Below are positions 1-8,308 of a stretch of 64,000 nt of DNA, piece by piece. Each line of letters starts with the position of its first letter. Within the stretch, counting starts at the first letter, position 1. The position numbers and the translations under genes were made by a program. Below the pieces are notes generated by a model. It searched no databases and was not told where the DNA came from. It saw nothing but the letters and a program-made list of their open reading frames with translations. The stretch is from Bacteroidales bacterium (GTDB taxonomy: Bacteria > Bacteroidota > Bacteroidia > Bacteroidales > UBA12077), in contig JANQHR010000097.1 of the NCBI GenBank assembly GCA_028282585.1, positions 1-64,000 on the forward strand, read 5' to 3'.

Positions 1-366
1 AATGAATTAAAAACTGCAAGTCAGGAGAGATGGGAATCAATGGTTAAAGAATTTGAGGCATTTTTAGAGGAAGTAAATGCCGATAAGCAAGCTTTCACAG
101 AAAAAGCACAAAGCTGGATCAATGAATTTTCAGATAAAATTGATGAACTTGAAGAAAAAGCCAAACATGCTAATGATGAAATAAAAGAAAAACTAAAAAT
201 TCAGATTCAAAATATAAAAAAGTATAAATCAAATATTGAGGATAAGTTATCAGAAGTAAAAGAATCACAAGAAGAAAACTGGAAGAAGGTTAAAACCGGA
301 GTTGATGAAAATATAAAAAAGGTCAAAGAATCTATTTCTAAAGCTTTTGAACACATCAAAAATTAA
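1..366 (+). CDS. Coiled-coil protein with internal repeat, 5'-truncated by window edge
   Basis: Frame is open from base 1 (NELKTASQERWESMVKEF...). K/E-rich helical sequence; the segment ELKTASQERWESM recurs as EVKESQEENWKKV. Confidence 0.7.
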   Translation, partial: NELKTASQERWESMVKEFEAFLEEVNADKQAFTEKAQSWINEFSDKIDELEEKAKHANDEIKEKLKIQIQNIKKYKSNIEDKLSEVKESQEENWKKVKTGVDENIKKVKESISKAFEHIKN

Positions 367-409
367 AAGTTATTCGTTTCTTAATTTAGAAGAAAATTTC
401 AGATTACAG

Positions 410-1252
410 ATGGTTATTAATATAAAACGATTCTCTTTAATATGCTTGTCAATCATCTCATTTTCATATGCATGTGGGCAGGTAGATAATAAAAACTTAA
501 TTAAGGAGGACGGAATAACAATAAGTGAAAGAATAAAAACACCACAAGGCTTTAATAGGATAAAAGTAGAAAATAATTCATTTTCAAATTATTTAAGAAA
601 CTTACCTTTAAAACCACACGAAACTAAAGTTAAATATTACAATGGCGTAATTAAGCCTAACTTTTGGGTTTATTCAGCTGTTATTGATATTGACGTTGGA
701 GGAAGAGATCTACAGCAATGTGCTGATGCTGTTATGAGACTGAGAGGAGAGTTTCTATACAGCACAAATCAGTTTGATAAAATCCATTTTAATTTTACCA
801 ATGGCTTTCGTGTGGATTACTCTGAATGGATGAAAGGTAAAAGAATAGTTGTGGAAGGAAACAAAACCTACTGGAAAGAAAAAACTACTCCTTTAAATTC
901 ATATAAAAGTTTTAGAAAGTATATGAATATAATATTTTCATACGCAGGCACTATTTCTCTTTCTAAAGAAATGATACCGGTTAATATTAATGACATTAGA
1001 ATTGGCGATGTATTTATTCAAGGTGGAAGCCCCGGACATGCTGTTATTGTTGTTGATTTAGCCAAAGATTCTAATGGAAATAAAATCTTCTTACTTGCTC
1101 AAAGCTATATGCCAGCTCAAGATATCCATATATTAAAAAATCCTAATAATAAAGATATTTCACCATGGTATAGTACGAATTTTGGCGAAACCCTCAAAAC
1201 CCCAGAGTGGGATTTTAAAAAAAACGATTTAAAAAGATTTAGGAATGATTAG
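410..1252 (+). CDS. DUF4846-family putative lipoprotein
   Basis: Motifs DLQQCADAVMRLRGE, YAGTISL, GGSPGHAVIVVD, LAQSYMPAQ. ATG at 410 is followed by a signal peptide ending SYAC. Confidence 0.75.
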   Translation: MVINIKRFSLICLSIISFSYACGQVDNKNLIKEDGITISERIKTPQGFNRIKVENNSFSNYLRNLPLKPHETKVKYYNGVIKPNFWVYSAVIDIDVGGRDLQQCADAVMRLRGEFLYSTNQFDKIHFNFTNGFRVDYSEWMKGKRIVVEGNKTYWKEKTTPLNSYKSFRKYMNIIFSYAGTISLSKEMIPVNINDIRIGDVFIQGGSPGHAVIVVDLAKDSNGNKIFLLAQSYMPAQDIHILKNPNNKDISPWYSTNFGETLKTPEWDFKKNDLKRFRND

Positions 1253-1255
1253 GTT

Positions 1256-1792
1256 CTAATAAGTTCTTACCTCAAAACCTCCAAATACAACATCACACTG
1301 AATAGAAAGGTGATTTGTATCTTTATTAAATACTTCATTTTCATAACGGCCCGTCCCAAAAGCAGCAGTCTCTCCATTCGGCAGTTTTGCCGAAGCAAAA
1401 GCTGCATCAGCTTTAATCTTTATTGGAGTGGACTCATCAACTTTAAGCAAACAGCCGCCAAAAACAGTATTAATGTTTATTTCTTTTGAACTTTCCGAAA
1501 GATCAATGCCACGTAAATCTATGGTTGAACTAGCAAAAATTACATTGTATTCTTTGAATTTCTCTTCCTGCCCATTAATTCGACTTTCACTAAAAATCGT
1601 TGTATTTTCATCTCCACGTTTATCCCAAAAATGGAAATTTCCAACTAATAATTTTATTCCAACAAAAATAAGAAAGAATGCAATAATAAATTTAACTACG
1701 GGGATATTAACGTTGAAAACAACTCGTATAACAATTCCTAATCCCACAAGAATTAGAAGTAAACCCCAAAATAAACCAGCTCCCATTTTCAT
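1256..1792 (-). CDS. LiaF-like cell-envelope stress membrane protein (DUF2154-like)
   Basis: Two N-terminal TM helices (FWGLLLILVGLG), then beta-rich repeats (NVIFASSTIDL, NTVFGG, DVVFGGFEV). Confidence 0.7.
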   Translation of the reverse strand: MKMGAGLFWGLLLILVGLGIVIRVVFNVNIPVVKFIIAFFLIFVGIKLLVGNFHFWDKRGDENTTIFSESRINGQEEKFKEYNVIFASSTIDLRGIDLSESSKEININTVFGGCLLKVDESTPIKIKADAAFASAKLPNGETAAFGTGRYENEVFNKDTNHLSIQCDVVFGGFEVRTY

Positions 1793-1864
1793 AATTTTAT
1801 TAATTAAACTTTACAACGAATTATAAATCTACGGAAAAATAAAGAATTGTCAATAACCTACTTA

Positions 1865-3679
1865 TTAATCTTTTTTGTAAATATCAAGGTATTTCCTTAA
1901 AGCCTCTACATAAAAAATTAATGGATATAACTTTTCATCGTACCAAAGGGTTGCAAAATAAAGTCCGATCGGGTTGGCCACAATCCCATTCTTTTCTATT
2001 TCTCCATTAACCCAATTAAGTGCCTTTAATAAAACACTTTCATTTTTTCTAGATGTAAGTGCAGAAATTGCAAGAGAAGTTTCTTCAATAGTCCCTGAAA
2101 CTCCTTTTTCTCCACCCCAACTACCATCTTCATTTTGTTGGGTGGATATAAATTTCCGAGCTTTTGTTAGCAAACCATTAATAATTTTTTTGTCCTTTTC
2201 ATCTAATGAAGACATGGTCAAGGCTTCATTTAAATAAGATACAACTTTAGCTGTACCATAAACTTTATTCGTTTTTAACCTGGCATTTTGATTTCCAAAC
2301 CACAATGGAACCCACGCCCCATCATTGCCTTGAGTTTTTCGTAGATATTTAAGAATCTTATTTACACTTTTTTGAATAATTTTTTTCTTTTTAATTGAAA
2401 CCTTACCTGTTAAGGCATCTAAAGAATATATCCAAGCCAGGAAAGCGTGGCCTGAAATATCAGGGCAAGAACTATCAAAAGGCAATCTGCCCCAACCTCT
2501 GCTAAATGTTGGTATGCCGCCATCATTATTCTGTAGTTTGCAAAGCCATAAACAACCATCGAGAACAGGATTTACTTCTTCTTTTGTTCCTTGTGTTAGG
2601 TTTAACAATGCGATAATTGCACCTGAAGTATCATCTGCATCTGGAACAGAACCTGAATAATTGGTCCACCCCCATCCTCCGGGCCTCGCTTTATTAAACG
2701 GATGAATACCTGAATACTGCAAAGAAAGGAGATGCTTTTGTAATATATCTATTTCATCAATATTCAACCGGCTATTCAAATTATTTCTTCCGATTGCTTT
2801 TATGCTTAAAGTTGTTACCCATGTTGAAAGATCTGTATCTATTGGCCAACTTCCATTAGCCCTTTGCTGATTTTCTAAAAACATAATTCCCTTTTCAATA
2901 ACAACCGGGCTATTAGCTTTACTGAAATTCAAACACAGGTTAACAAATGCAGTTAAAGGAATAGCTTCGAGATAGCCACCGCTTTCGGGAAGCATCTCTT
3001 CTAACCTGCTTAAGGCTTTTTTAATTGATCTTTTCCTTATAAAATATAAAATTCTGTTGCCTTTACCTTTGTTTTTAAATAAAGCTATTCCTACGGCTAC
3101 TAGAGCTGGAATAGCATAGCTAACTACCTGTAAATTAAAAAACTTATAGAATGAAACTGGTAGGACTGTAAATTCAAAAGGCAACTGCGGTATTTTATTG
3201 AATGCTTCATTGTCGATAACCCCACAAATAGCTAACATGGTTAAGATCGGAATTGAAAAGGTTAAATCTTTTCCGTAAAAATCCAAAATAGTTTGTATTA
3301 CCGATGATGAGGTTAGTTGAATATTTTGATTTAATAAATATCTTTCGACTTTTCTCAAATTACTGAAAATGCTTGGATCTTCTTGCTTGAAACAATATAA
3401 AGCAGCGTAACAAAGTAAAGAAGTACTTACATTGCTTTCACTTGCAACAGTATCGCCATAACCACCGTCTTCATTTATATTTTCTTTCAGCCAGACTAAG
3501 CCTTTTTCTATGTGTGAATTATGACGCGCATTTTCATTTAGCCATAATGCCACAATCGCAACAGCTGTAGAAAGTGCGCTTGACGATAATTCTCCAACCC
3601 AAAACCCCTTTTTATTTCTTTCCAATAATAATTGTTCAGAAAATACTTCAAATTTTTTTGCTATTTCCTTATTTTCCAT
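1865..3679 (-). CDS. Squalene-hopene cyclase-like class II terpene cyclase
   Basis: N-terminal GFWVGELSSSALST; QW-type repeats QQRANGSW, LQNNDGG, TQGNDGAW, QQNEDGSW; catalytic PGGWGW...PDADDT (DxDD). ATG at 3679 directly follows the upstream stop. Confidence 0.85.
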   Translation of the reverse strand: MENKEIAKKFEVFSEQLLLERNKKGFWVGELSSSALSTAVAIVALWLNENARHNSHIEKGLVWLKENINEDGGYGDTVASESNVSTSLLCYAALYCFKQEDPSIFSNLRKVERYLLNQNIQLTSSSVIQTILDFYGKDLTFSIPILTMLAICGVIDNEAFNKIPQLPFEFTVLPVSFYKFFNLQVVSYAIPALVAVGIALFKNKGKGNRILYFIRKRSIKKALSRLEEMLPESGGYLEAIPLTAFVNLCLNFSKANSPVVIEKGIMFLENQQRANGSWPIDTDLSTWVTTLSIKAIGRNNLNSRLNIDEIDILQKHLLSLQYSGIHPFNKARPGGWGWTNYSGSVPDADDTSGAIIALLNLTQGTKEEVNPVLDGCLWLCKLQNNDGGIPTFSRGWGRLPFDSSCPDISGHAFLAWIYSLDALTGKVSIKKKKIIQKSVNKILKYLRKTQGNDGAWVPLWFGNQNARLKTNKVYGTAKVVSYLNEALTMSSLDEKDKKIINGLLTKARKFISTQQNEDGSWGGEKGVSGTIEETSLAISALTSRKNESVLLKALNWVNGEIEKNGIVANPIGLYFATLWYDEKLYPLIFYVEALRKYLDIYKKD

Positions 3680-3680
3680 T

Positions 3681-4574
3681 TTATTTGTTTTCATATGCCA
3701 GGCTTGCAAGTGCTAATAGCCCATAAAATGTATATTCAATATCTGTGCCTGGGTCAAGTTCAGTTGCACAAAAACCTCCGTGGTCATATAATAATGTAAT
3801 AAATTCTAACGATTTTGGTTTGATAAGTCTTAAATCTGCACCACAAATTCGAAGAGTATATAATGCCACTGCCGTAGATAAAAGGTCCTCAAAGGGTGCA
3901 TTCCGAAAAGCTGCAAAGCCTCCCGAAGCCCTGTAATATTTCATTAGTTGTTTTGCGTAACTTTCAATATTCTTCCCTGAAATTTTTTTTAAAATTACGT
4001 TTACTGCTAATAAGGTAATTGAAGTGTTTTCTTGCTCTGATAATAAATCAACCTTTAATTTCTTCAAAAACCTGTTTAACGAATAATATTCTCCGAGGTA
4101 ATATAATGCCAAAAACCCCAGAAACCAATTATAATCTGTTTTATTACCTGGGCTATTACTTATTATTTCTAAAACTTCATCCCCTAATTTTTTATTATAA
4201 GGATCTTTTTTAAATAATTTCGAATATAATATTGCCTTACAAAATACATGAACGTTGTTGTCATTTGTAAAGTTCTCTGCATTATTCAAATATTCTCTTA
4301 AACCATCTTTTATCTTAGGAAGTATTAAGGCTTCAGAAACAAAACACCCGAATACAGAATAGTATAAATCCGGCTTGCCTGCTTTATCTATAAATCCTCC
4401 ATTCTTGGAATGTTGCGCTAAAACATAACTTTTAATTTCATTAATTATATCTTCGTTAAGCAATGTAAAGGCATTTTGTAAAAAATTTTCAAAAGCATAT
4501 TTCTTGCCAAAATTCGAAAGAGAATTTAAAAAAGGATTAAATATAATCGTTAAAAATTTTTCCCATAATTTCAT
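3681..4574 (-). CDS. Prenyltransferase/squalene oxidase repeat protein (single alpha/alpha barrel)
   Basis: Repeats QHSKNGGF..PDLYYSVFG, SGGFAAF..EDLLSTAVAL, HGGF..DIEYTFYGL; no DxDD. Exact start uncertain. Confidence 0.75.
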   Translation of the reverse strand: MKLWEKFLTIIFNPFLNSLSNFGKKYAFENFLQNAFTLLNEDIINEIKSYVLAQHSKNGGFIDKAGKPDLYYSVFGCFVSEALILPKIKDGLREYLNNAENFTNDNNVHVFCKAILYSKLFKKDPYNKKLGDEVLEIISNSPGNKTDYNWFLGFLALYYLGEYYSLNRFLKKLKVDLLSEQENTSITLLAVNVILKKISGKNIESYAKQLMKYYRASGGFAAFRNAPFEDLLSTAVALYTLRICGADLRLIKPKSLEFITLLYDHGGFCATELDPGTDIEYTFYGLLALASLAYENK

Positions 4575-6120
4575 GTAAGGCCAGTTTTAGTGCCAATTTA
4601 TCAACATTACTTATACTCTGATAAGCATTTTGAATATGTCGCCTGAGTAAAGTATGTGTTTTTTCGACAATATTATTACCATGAATTAGTTCAAATATTT
4701 TTTGCCAATTCTTATTATGAATGAGCTCCAACGCTTCCATTCGATCTTTTTTATTCAAATCATCAAATAAAACTGATAAAAGCACAGAGAAATTCCTAAA
4801 TAATATATCGCCATTTTCACCCTTATAATCACCCAGGTCATCTTTTATCTGGTAGGCAATTCCAACGTATTTACTAAATTCTTTTAATTGCTTTAATAGT
4901 TTTTCATCAGCATTGCCTGCTGTGGCTCCAATTAATAACGAAACATTAAATGCAGCTGAAGTTTTATTTTCGAATATTTTTAAGATTTCATCAACTGTAT
5001 AAATCTTAACTTCATTGTCATTGTATAATTCTTCTCCCTGTCCAAGTGTTAAATCAATATGCCCCTGAGATGCTATTTTAATGCAATTTACCAAAACATT
5101 TTTTGGTAAAGGACTTTCAGCAAGCAAACGGTACCCATGCCCAATAAGAAAATCGCCAACATTCAATGCAACAGGAACTCCATATTTTTTGTGGATTGTT
5201 TCAAACCCGTTTCGAAAGATATCATTATCCTCAATATCATCATGTATCAATGATGCCTTATGAAAACATTCAATCGATAATGCAATATGTTCAGTTATTT
5301 CAGGGTCTGGTTCATTACTTAAAGATTCGTATGCCAATGCCGATAAAAATGGCCGCCAACGATGGCCATCTGTCACTAATGCTTCACGAGCTATCTCATC
5401 TGTGATTGTGGTCCCTGGAATTGCTTTCATAACAACTCCATCCTGTTTAAAATAATTGCTAACCTTTTCTCTTAACTGGCTTTGGTTAATCAATTTAATA
5501 CCTTCGCTTTTATGATAAGCTTTAATCTCTTCTTTTAACCATTTGACATCAGTTTCCGTATCTTTGCATCCATCTCCCAACAATGGGATTCCAATCCCGG
5601 GAACCGCATATTTGGTTACCAATTCAAACATCTTTTGTAGTGAATCCATACACCCTACCCCGATAACAGCATCAATTTTTCCGCCTTCAATTAATTTGGC
5701 CGCAATAGTTGTACCTTCCATTACTAAAGTTGTATAACCTAGTTCTTCTGCTTGGTTTATTATTTCAGAAATAGGGCAAGCCTCACAATCAACACATATT
5801 AATCCCAGTTCATCCTTTTTAGCTTTGCAGTTTAGGCTGTTTTTTAAACACTCAGGAAGAAGCAATATTCTTCGGCTATAATGTGTACTTTGTACAACTT
5901 TTCTCCAAACCTCATTCCCACAACAAACCATTACAAATGCCAAATAATTCTCATTCCATTTATAGGTTTTTATTAGGTTCTGCGCATGTTCCAAAAGGGA
6001 ATCATGAGATATTGGAGGGAGGATATCGTGTTCGGAAAAATATAATGCAACATTCCGCCTTAATTCATCTCTTTCCTTTTGCACAGAAGGAACAACAAGT
6101 TGTAAAATATTTGACTCCAT
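4537..6120 (-). CDS. DUF116-like Cys-rich domain fused to trans-polyprenyl diphosphate synthase
   Basis: N-terminal half RRILLLPECL..C..CVDCEAC..VGC..GCKDT. C-terminal half GHRWRP, FARM HDDIED followed by FRNG, GQ, KT, SARM QIKDDLGD. Confidence 0.85.
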   Translation of the reverse strand: MESNILQLVVPSVQKERDELRRNVALYFSEHDILPPISHDSLLEHAQNLIKTYKWNENYLAFVMVCCGNEVWRKVVQSTHYSRRILLLPECLKNSLNCKAKKDELGLICVDCEACPISEIINQAEELGYTTLVMEGTTIAAKLIEGGKIDAVIGVGCMDSLQKMFELVTKYAVPGIGIPLLGDGCKDTETDVKWLKEEIKAYHKSEGIKLINQSQLREKVSNYFKQDGVVMKAIPGTTITDEIAREALVTDGHRWRPFLSALAYESLSNEPDPEITEHIALSIECFHKASLIHDDIEDNDIFRNGFETIHKKYGVPVALNVGDFLIGHGYRLLAESPLPKNVLVNCIKIASQGHIDLTLGQGEELYNDNEVKIYTVDEILKIFENKTSAAFNVSLLIGATAGNADEKLLKQLKEFSKYVGIAYQIKDDLGDYKGENGDILFRNFSVLLSVLFDDLNKKDRMEALELIHNKNWQKIFELIHGNNIVEKTHTLLRRHIQNAYQSISNVDKLALKLALHEIMGKIFNDYI

Positions 6121-6130
6121 AATTTAATCA

Positions 6131-7309
6131 TTAGCCATACGACCCCAGCCCAAAAAAAGCTTTGTTTTTTACAAACCGGTATATTCTGTTTTTTTCAGGT
6201 ATTCTTTCACATGAACCATGGCTACATATACTCGGGGAATTCTTTAACTGTTCCAGAAAATCTTCCCTGTTTGATGTATTTATAGCCTTATGCCTCGCCA
6301 TAAAGTTGTATAACCATTCAGGGTCCTCCATAATGATGCACCCTTTTGTTTTTCGATTTATTTCTTTCCTAAAAGAATCCAAGAATGTCGATTTTTCATA
6401 TATTTCTTCAATGGAAGACGATTTTATATTGTCAACCGCAAACTGTAAAACCGGACATGGTTCAATATATCCTGATGGATTAATATGGTAACTTAAACCT
6501 TCTGCAGCAGGGCAAAATGGCTCTCCTTTTCCATTCCAATAAGAATCTACCAAAATAATATCATATTTCGTTCGCCCTTCAACCATAAACCTTCTTAAAC
6601 GATTTATTTCTTCCTGACTTAAAGCTAAATCATATTGTTGGTTTTCACCGGATGGGCGGTAAATATAGTACCATAGGTATATAACTCCTTTATCTACCAA
6701 CATGTTTACAAACTCATCAGACAATGCCATATCAATATTGGACTTACAAACACTAACTGCAACACCTGTAATAAGCTTGTTTTTTACACAAGTTTCAATT
6801 GACTTTATGGTCTTCTTATAAATATCAGAGCCTCCACGACGTATATCAGCTACATTCTCATCACCTTCAAAACTAATTAATGGTGTCACATTTGCGCTTT
6901 TTCTTAATTCACCAGCAACTGAATCAGTTAAAAGTGTACCATTTGTAAATAATTGGAAATAGCTTTTTTGATGTTTTTTAAAAACCTCTAAAAGAGGCTT
7001 ATACATAAGAGGTTCCCCTCCTAATATACCAAAAAAGTATGAACCCTTCCGGTTTCCTGCTTCTATAATTTTATCAACATACTTGATATCAAGACACTCT
7101 GCTCTCTTCCCTTTTGTTACCCAACACCCCTGACACTTCAAATTGCAATCATTTGTTACAGAAATAAAATGAAATGCAGGAAATAATTGCCCATTTTTCT
7201 TTCTTTTTTGGTACTTGGAAAAACCAACCATTCCCTTTATCCCAAAATTATAAATGAACTTACGCCTACACTTTTTATCAGCTTTTAAAAATTGTTTTAA
7301 TACTGCCAT
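6131..7309 (-). CDS. Radical SAM protein with SPASM/twitch-like C-terminus
   Basis: CNLKCQGC (CxxxCxxC), GGEP, FTNG; C-terminal CPAA..HINPSGYIEPCP..GC. Confidence 0.9.
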   Translation of the reverse strand: MAVLKQFLKADKKCRRKFIYNFGIKGMVGFSKYQKRKKNGQLFPAFHFISVTNDCNLKCQGCWVTKGKRAECLDIKYVDKIIEAGNRKGSYFFGILGGEPLMYKPLLEVFKKHQKSYFQLFTNGTLLTDSVAGELRKSANVTPLISFEGDENVADIRRGGSDIYKKTIKSIETCVKNKLITGVAVSVCKSNIDMALSDEFVNMLVDKGVIYLWYYIYRPSGENQQYDLALSQEEINRLRRFMVEGRTKYDIILVDSYWNGKGEPFCPAAEGLSYHINPSGYIEPCPVLQFAVDNIKSSSIEEIYEKSTFLDSFRKEINRKTKGCIIMEDPEWLYNFMARHKAINTSNREDFLEQLKNSPSICSHGSCERIPEKNRIYRFVKNKAFFGLGSYG

Positions 7310-7324
7310 CTCTATAATTCCGGT

Positions 7325-8104
7325 TTATTTCTTTTTTTGTTCTTTTAAAGCTTTTTCTCTTTCTTCAATTGCCTTATCTATTGCTTCCGTTTTTATAATT
7401 CGTTGCCTTTTAGCTTTTCTTCCTTCCAAAGCTTTATAAATATCGTTGCCAAGTATTTGCTCAACATCTTTGCGTTGTCTTTGAAGTTCTAATGCTTCAT
7501 CTATTGATTCATTTCCACTTATTGCGCCTTCCTGCGTATATTTTGGAAAAATAATTGCAGCATCCGGGCATATTCTAGCACACGCCGGGCAATTATTTTT
7601 ACATGATTGAGGGTTAACCACTTTAACTTGCCCATCTTCCTTCTCGTACGTTCCAAATAAACAAAAATCTGAACATTGCCCACATGCTGTGCAACGTTCA
7701 TAATCTAATACCGGATACCATGATGGCCAATCTTTATCTGCTTCAATTTTTTCAAATTGCCTTTCCTTACCTTTAAATTCCGTAAAAGAATTCAAACTTC
7801 CCAAAACAGTATCTATTGAGTTATTTCGAATGTTTAGATAGAAAATATTTTTATCTTCAATATCAAGGCCGGCAAACTTTAAAAGCGAATTAACACCTCT
7901 CGAATAACAGGCAATTAGTAAGGTTTCCTTATCTTTTGTAATAAGTTCTTGTACAATTTCCTTATTCAAGGCACATAAGCCGCATAAATCTGATAATTCA
8001 TAAACCGGCACATTGGATTTCTTCAGGATTTGCGTTACTTGACTCGCAAGTTCCTTGTTAATTATATCTCCCTTGCATGAACAGTATATTATTTGCTTTT
8101 GCAT
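7325..8104 (-). CDS. Ferredoxin-family protein: HdrA-N-like Cys domain plus 2x[4Fe-4S]
   Basis: N-terminal YCSC..DLCGLC..LIAC; C-terminal CTACGQCSDFC and CKNNCPACARICP. Confidence 0.8.
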   Translation of the reverse strand: MQKQIIYCSCKGDIINKELASQVTQILKKSNVPVYELSDLCGLCALNKEIVQELITKDKETLLIACYSRGVNSLLKFAGLDIEDKNIFYLNIRNNSIDTVLGSLNSFTEFKGKERQFEKIEADKDWPSWYPVLDYERCTACGQCSDFCLFGTYEKEDGQVKVVNPQSCKNNCPACARICPDAAIIFPKYTQEGAISGNESIDEALELQRQRKDVEQILGNDIYKALEGRKAKRQRIIKTEAIDKAIEEREKALKEQKKK

Positions 8105-8250
8105 TATTTACTTTCTTAGGTATTTAAAAAGGATAAAAATATAACTTAAAATCTAACATTCATATAGTAAAAATGTTAATGAGAGTTAATATTTGCATCT
8201 ATAGTTAGCTAGATTTAATAACAACCTCCATTTATTGATAAGCAGGCAAT

Positions 8251-8281
8251 AAAAAACCCTGTCTAGAGTTTAGACAAGGTT
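8251..8281 (-). terminator. Intrinsic terminator after lon
   Basis: Minus-strand hairpin AACCTTGTCTA-aactc-TAGACAGGGTT followed by a T tract. Confidence 0.7.
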
Positions 8282-8308
8282 CAAAATATATGGTTTAAAT
8301 ATTTATTT

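Noticed and set aside
6131-7309. Radical SAM enzyme as maturase of the Cys-rich peptide at 46849-47034
   Set aside because: It lies 40 kb away, is embedded in the terpene operon, and has no evident peptide-recognition domain.
1865-8104. Calling the operon a standard hopanoid (hpn) cluster
   Set aside because: No hpnC/D/E/G, the radical SAM enzyme lacks recognisable HpnH or B12-methylase features, and the synthase FARM context suggests chains longer than FPP.
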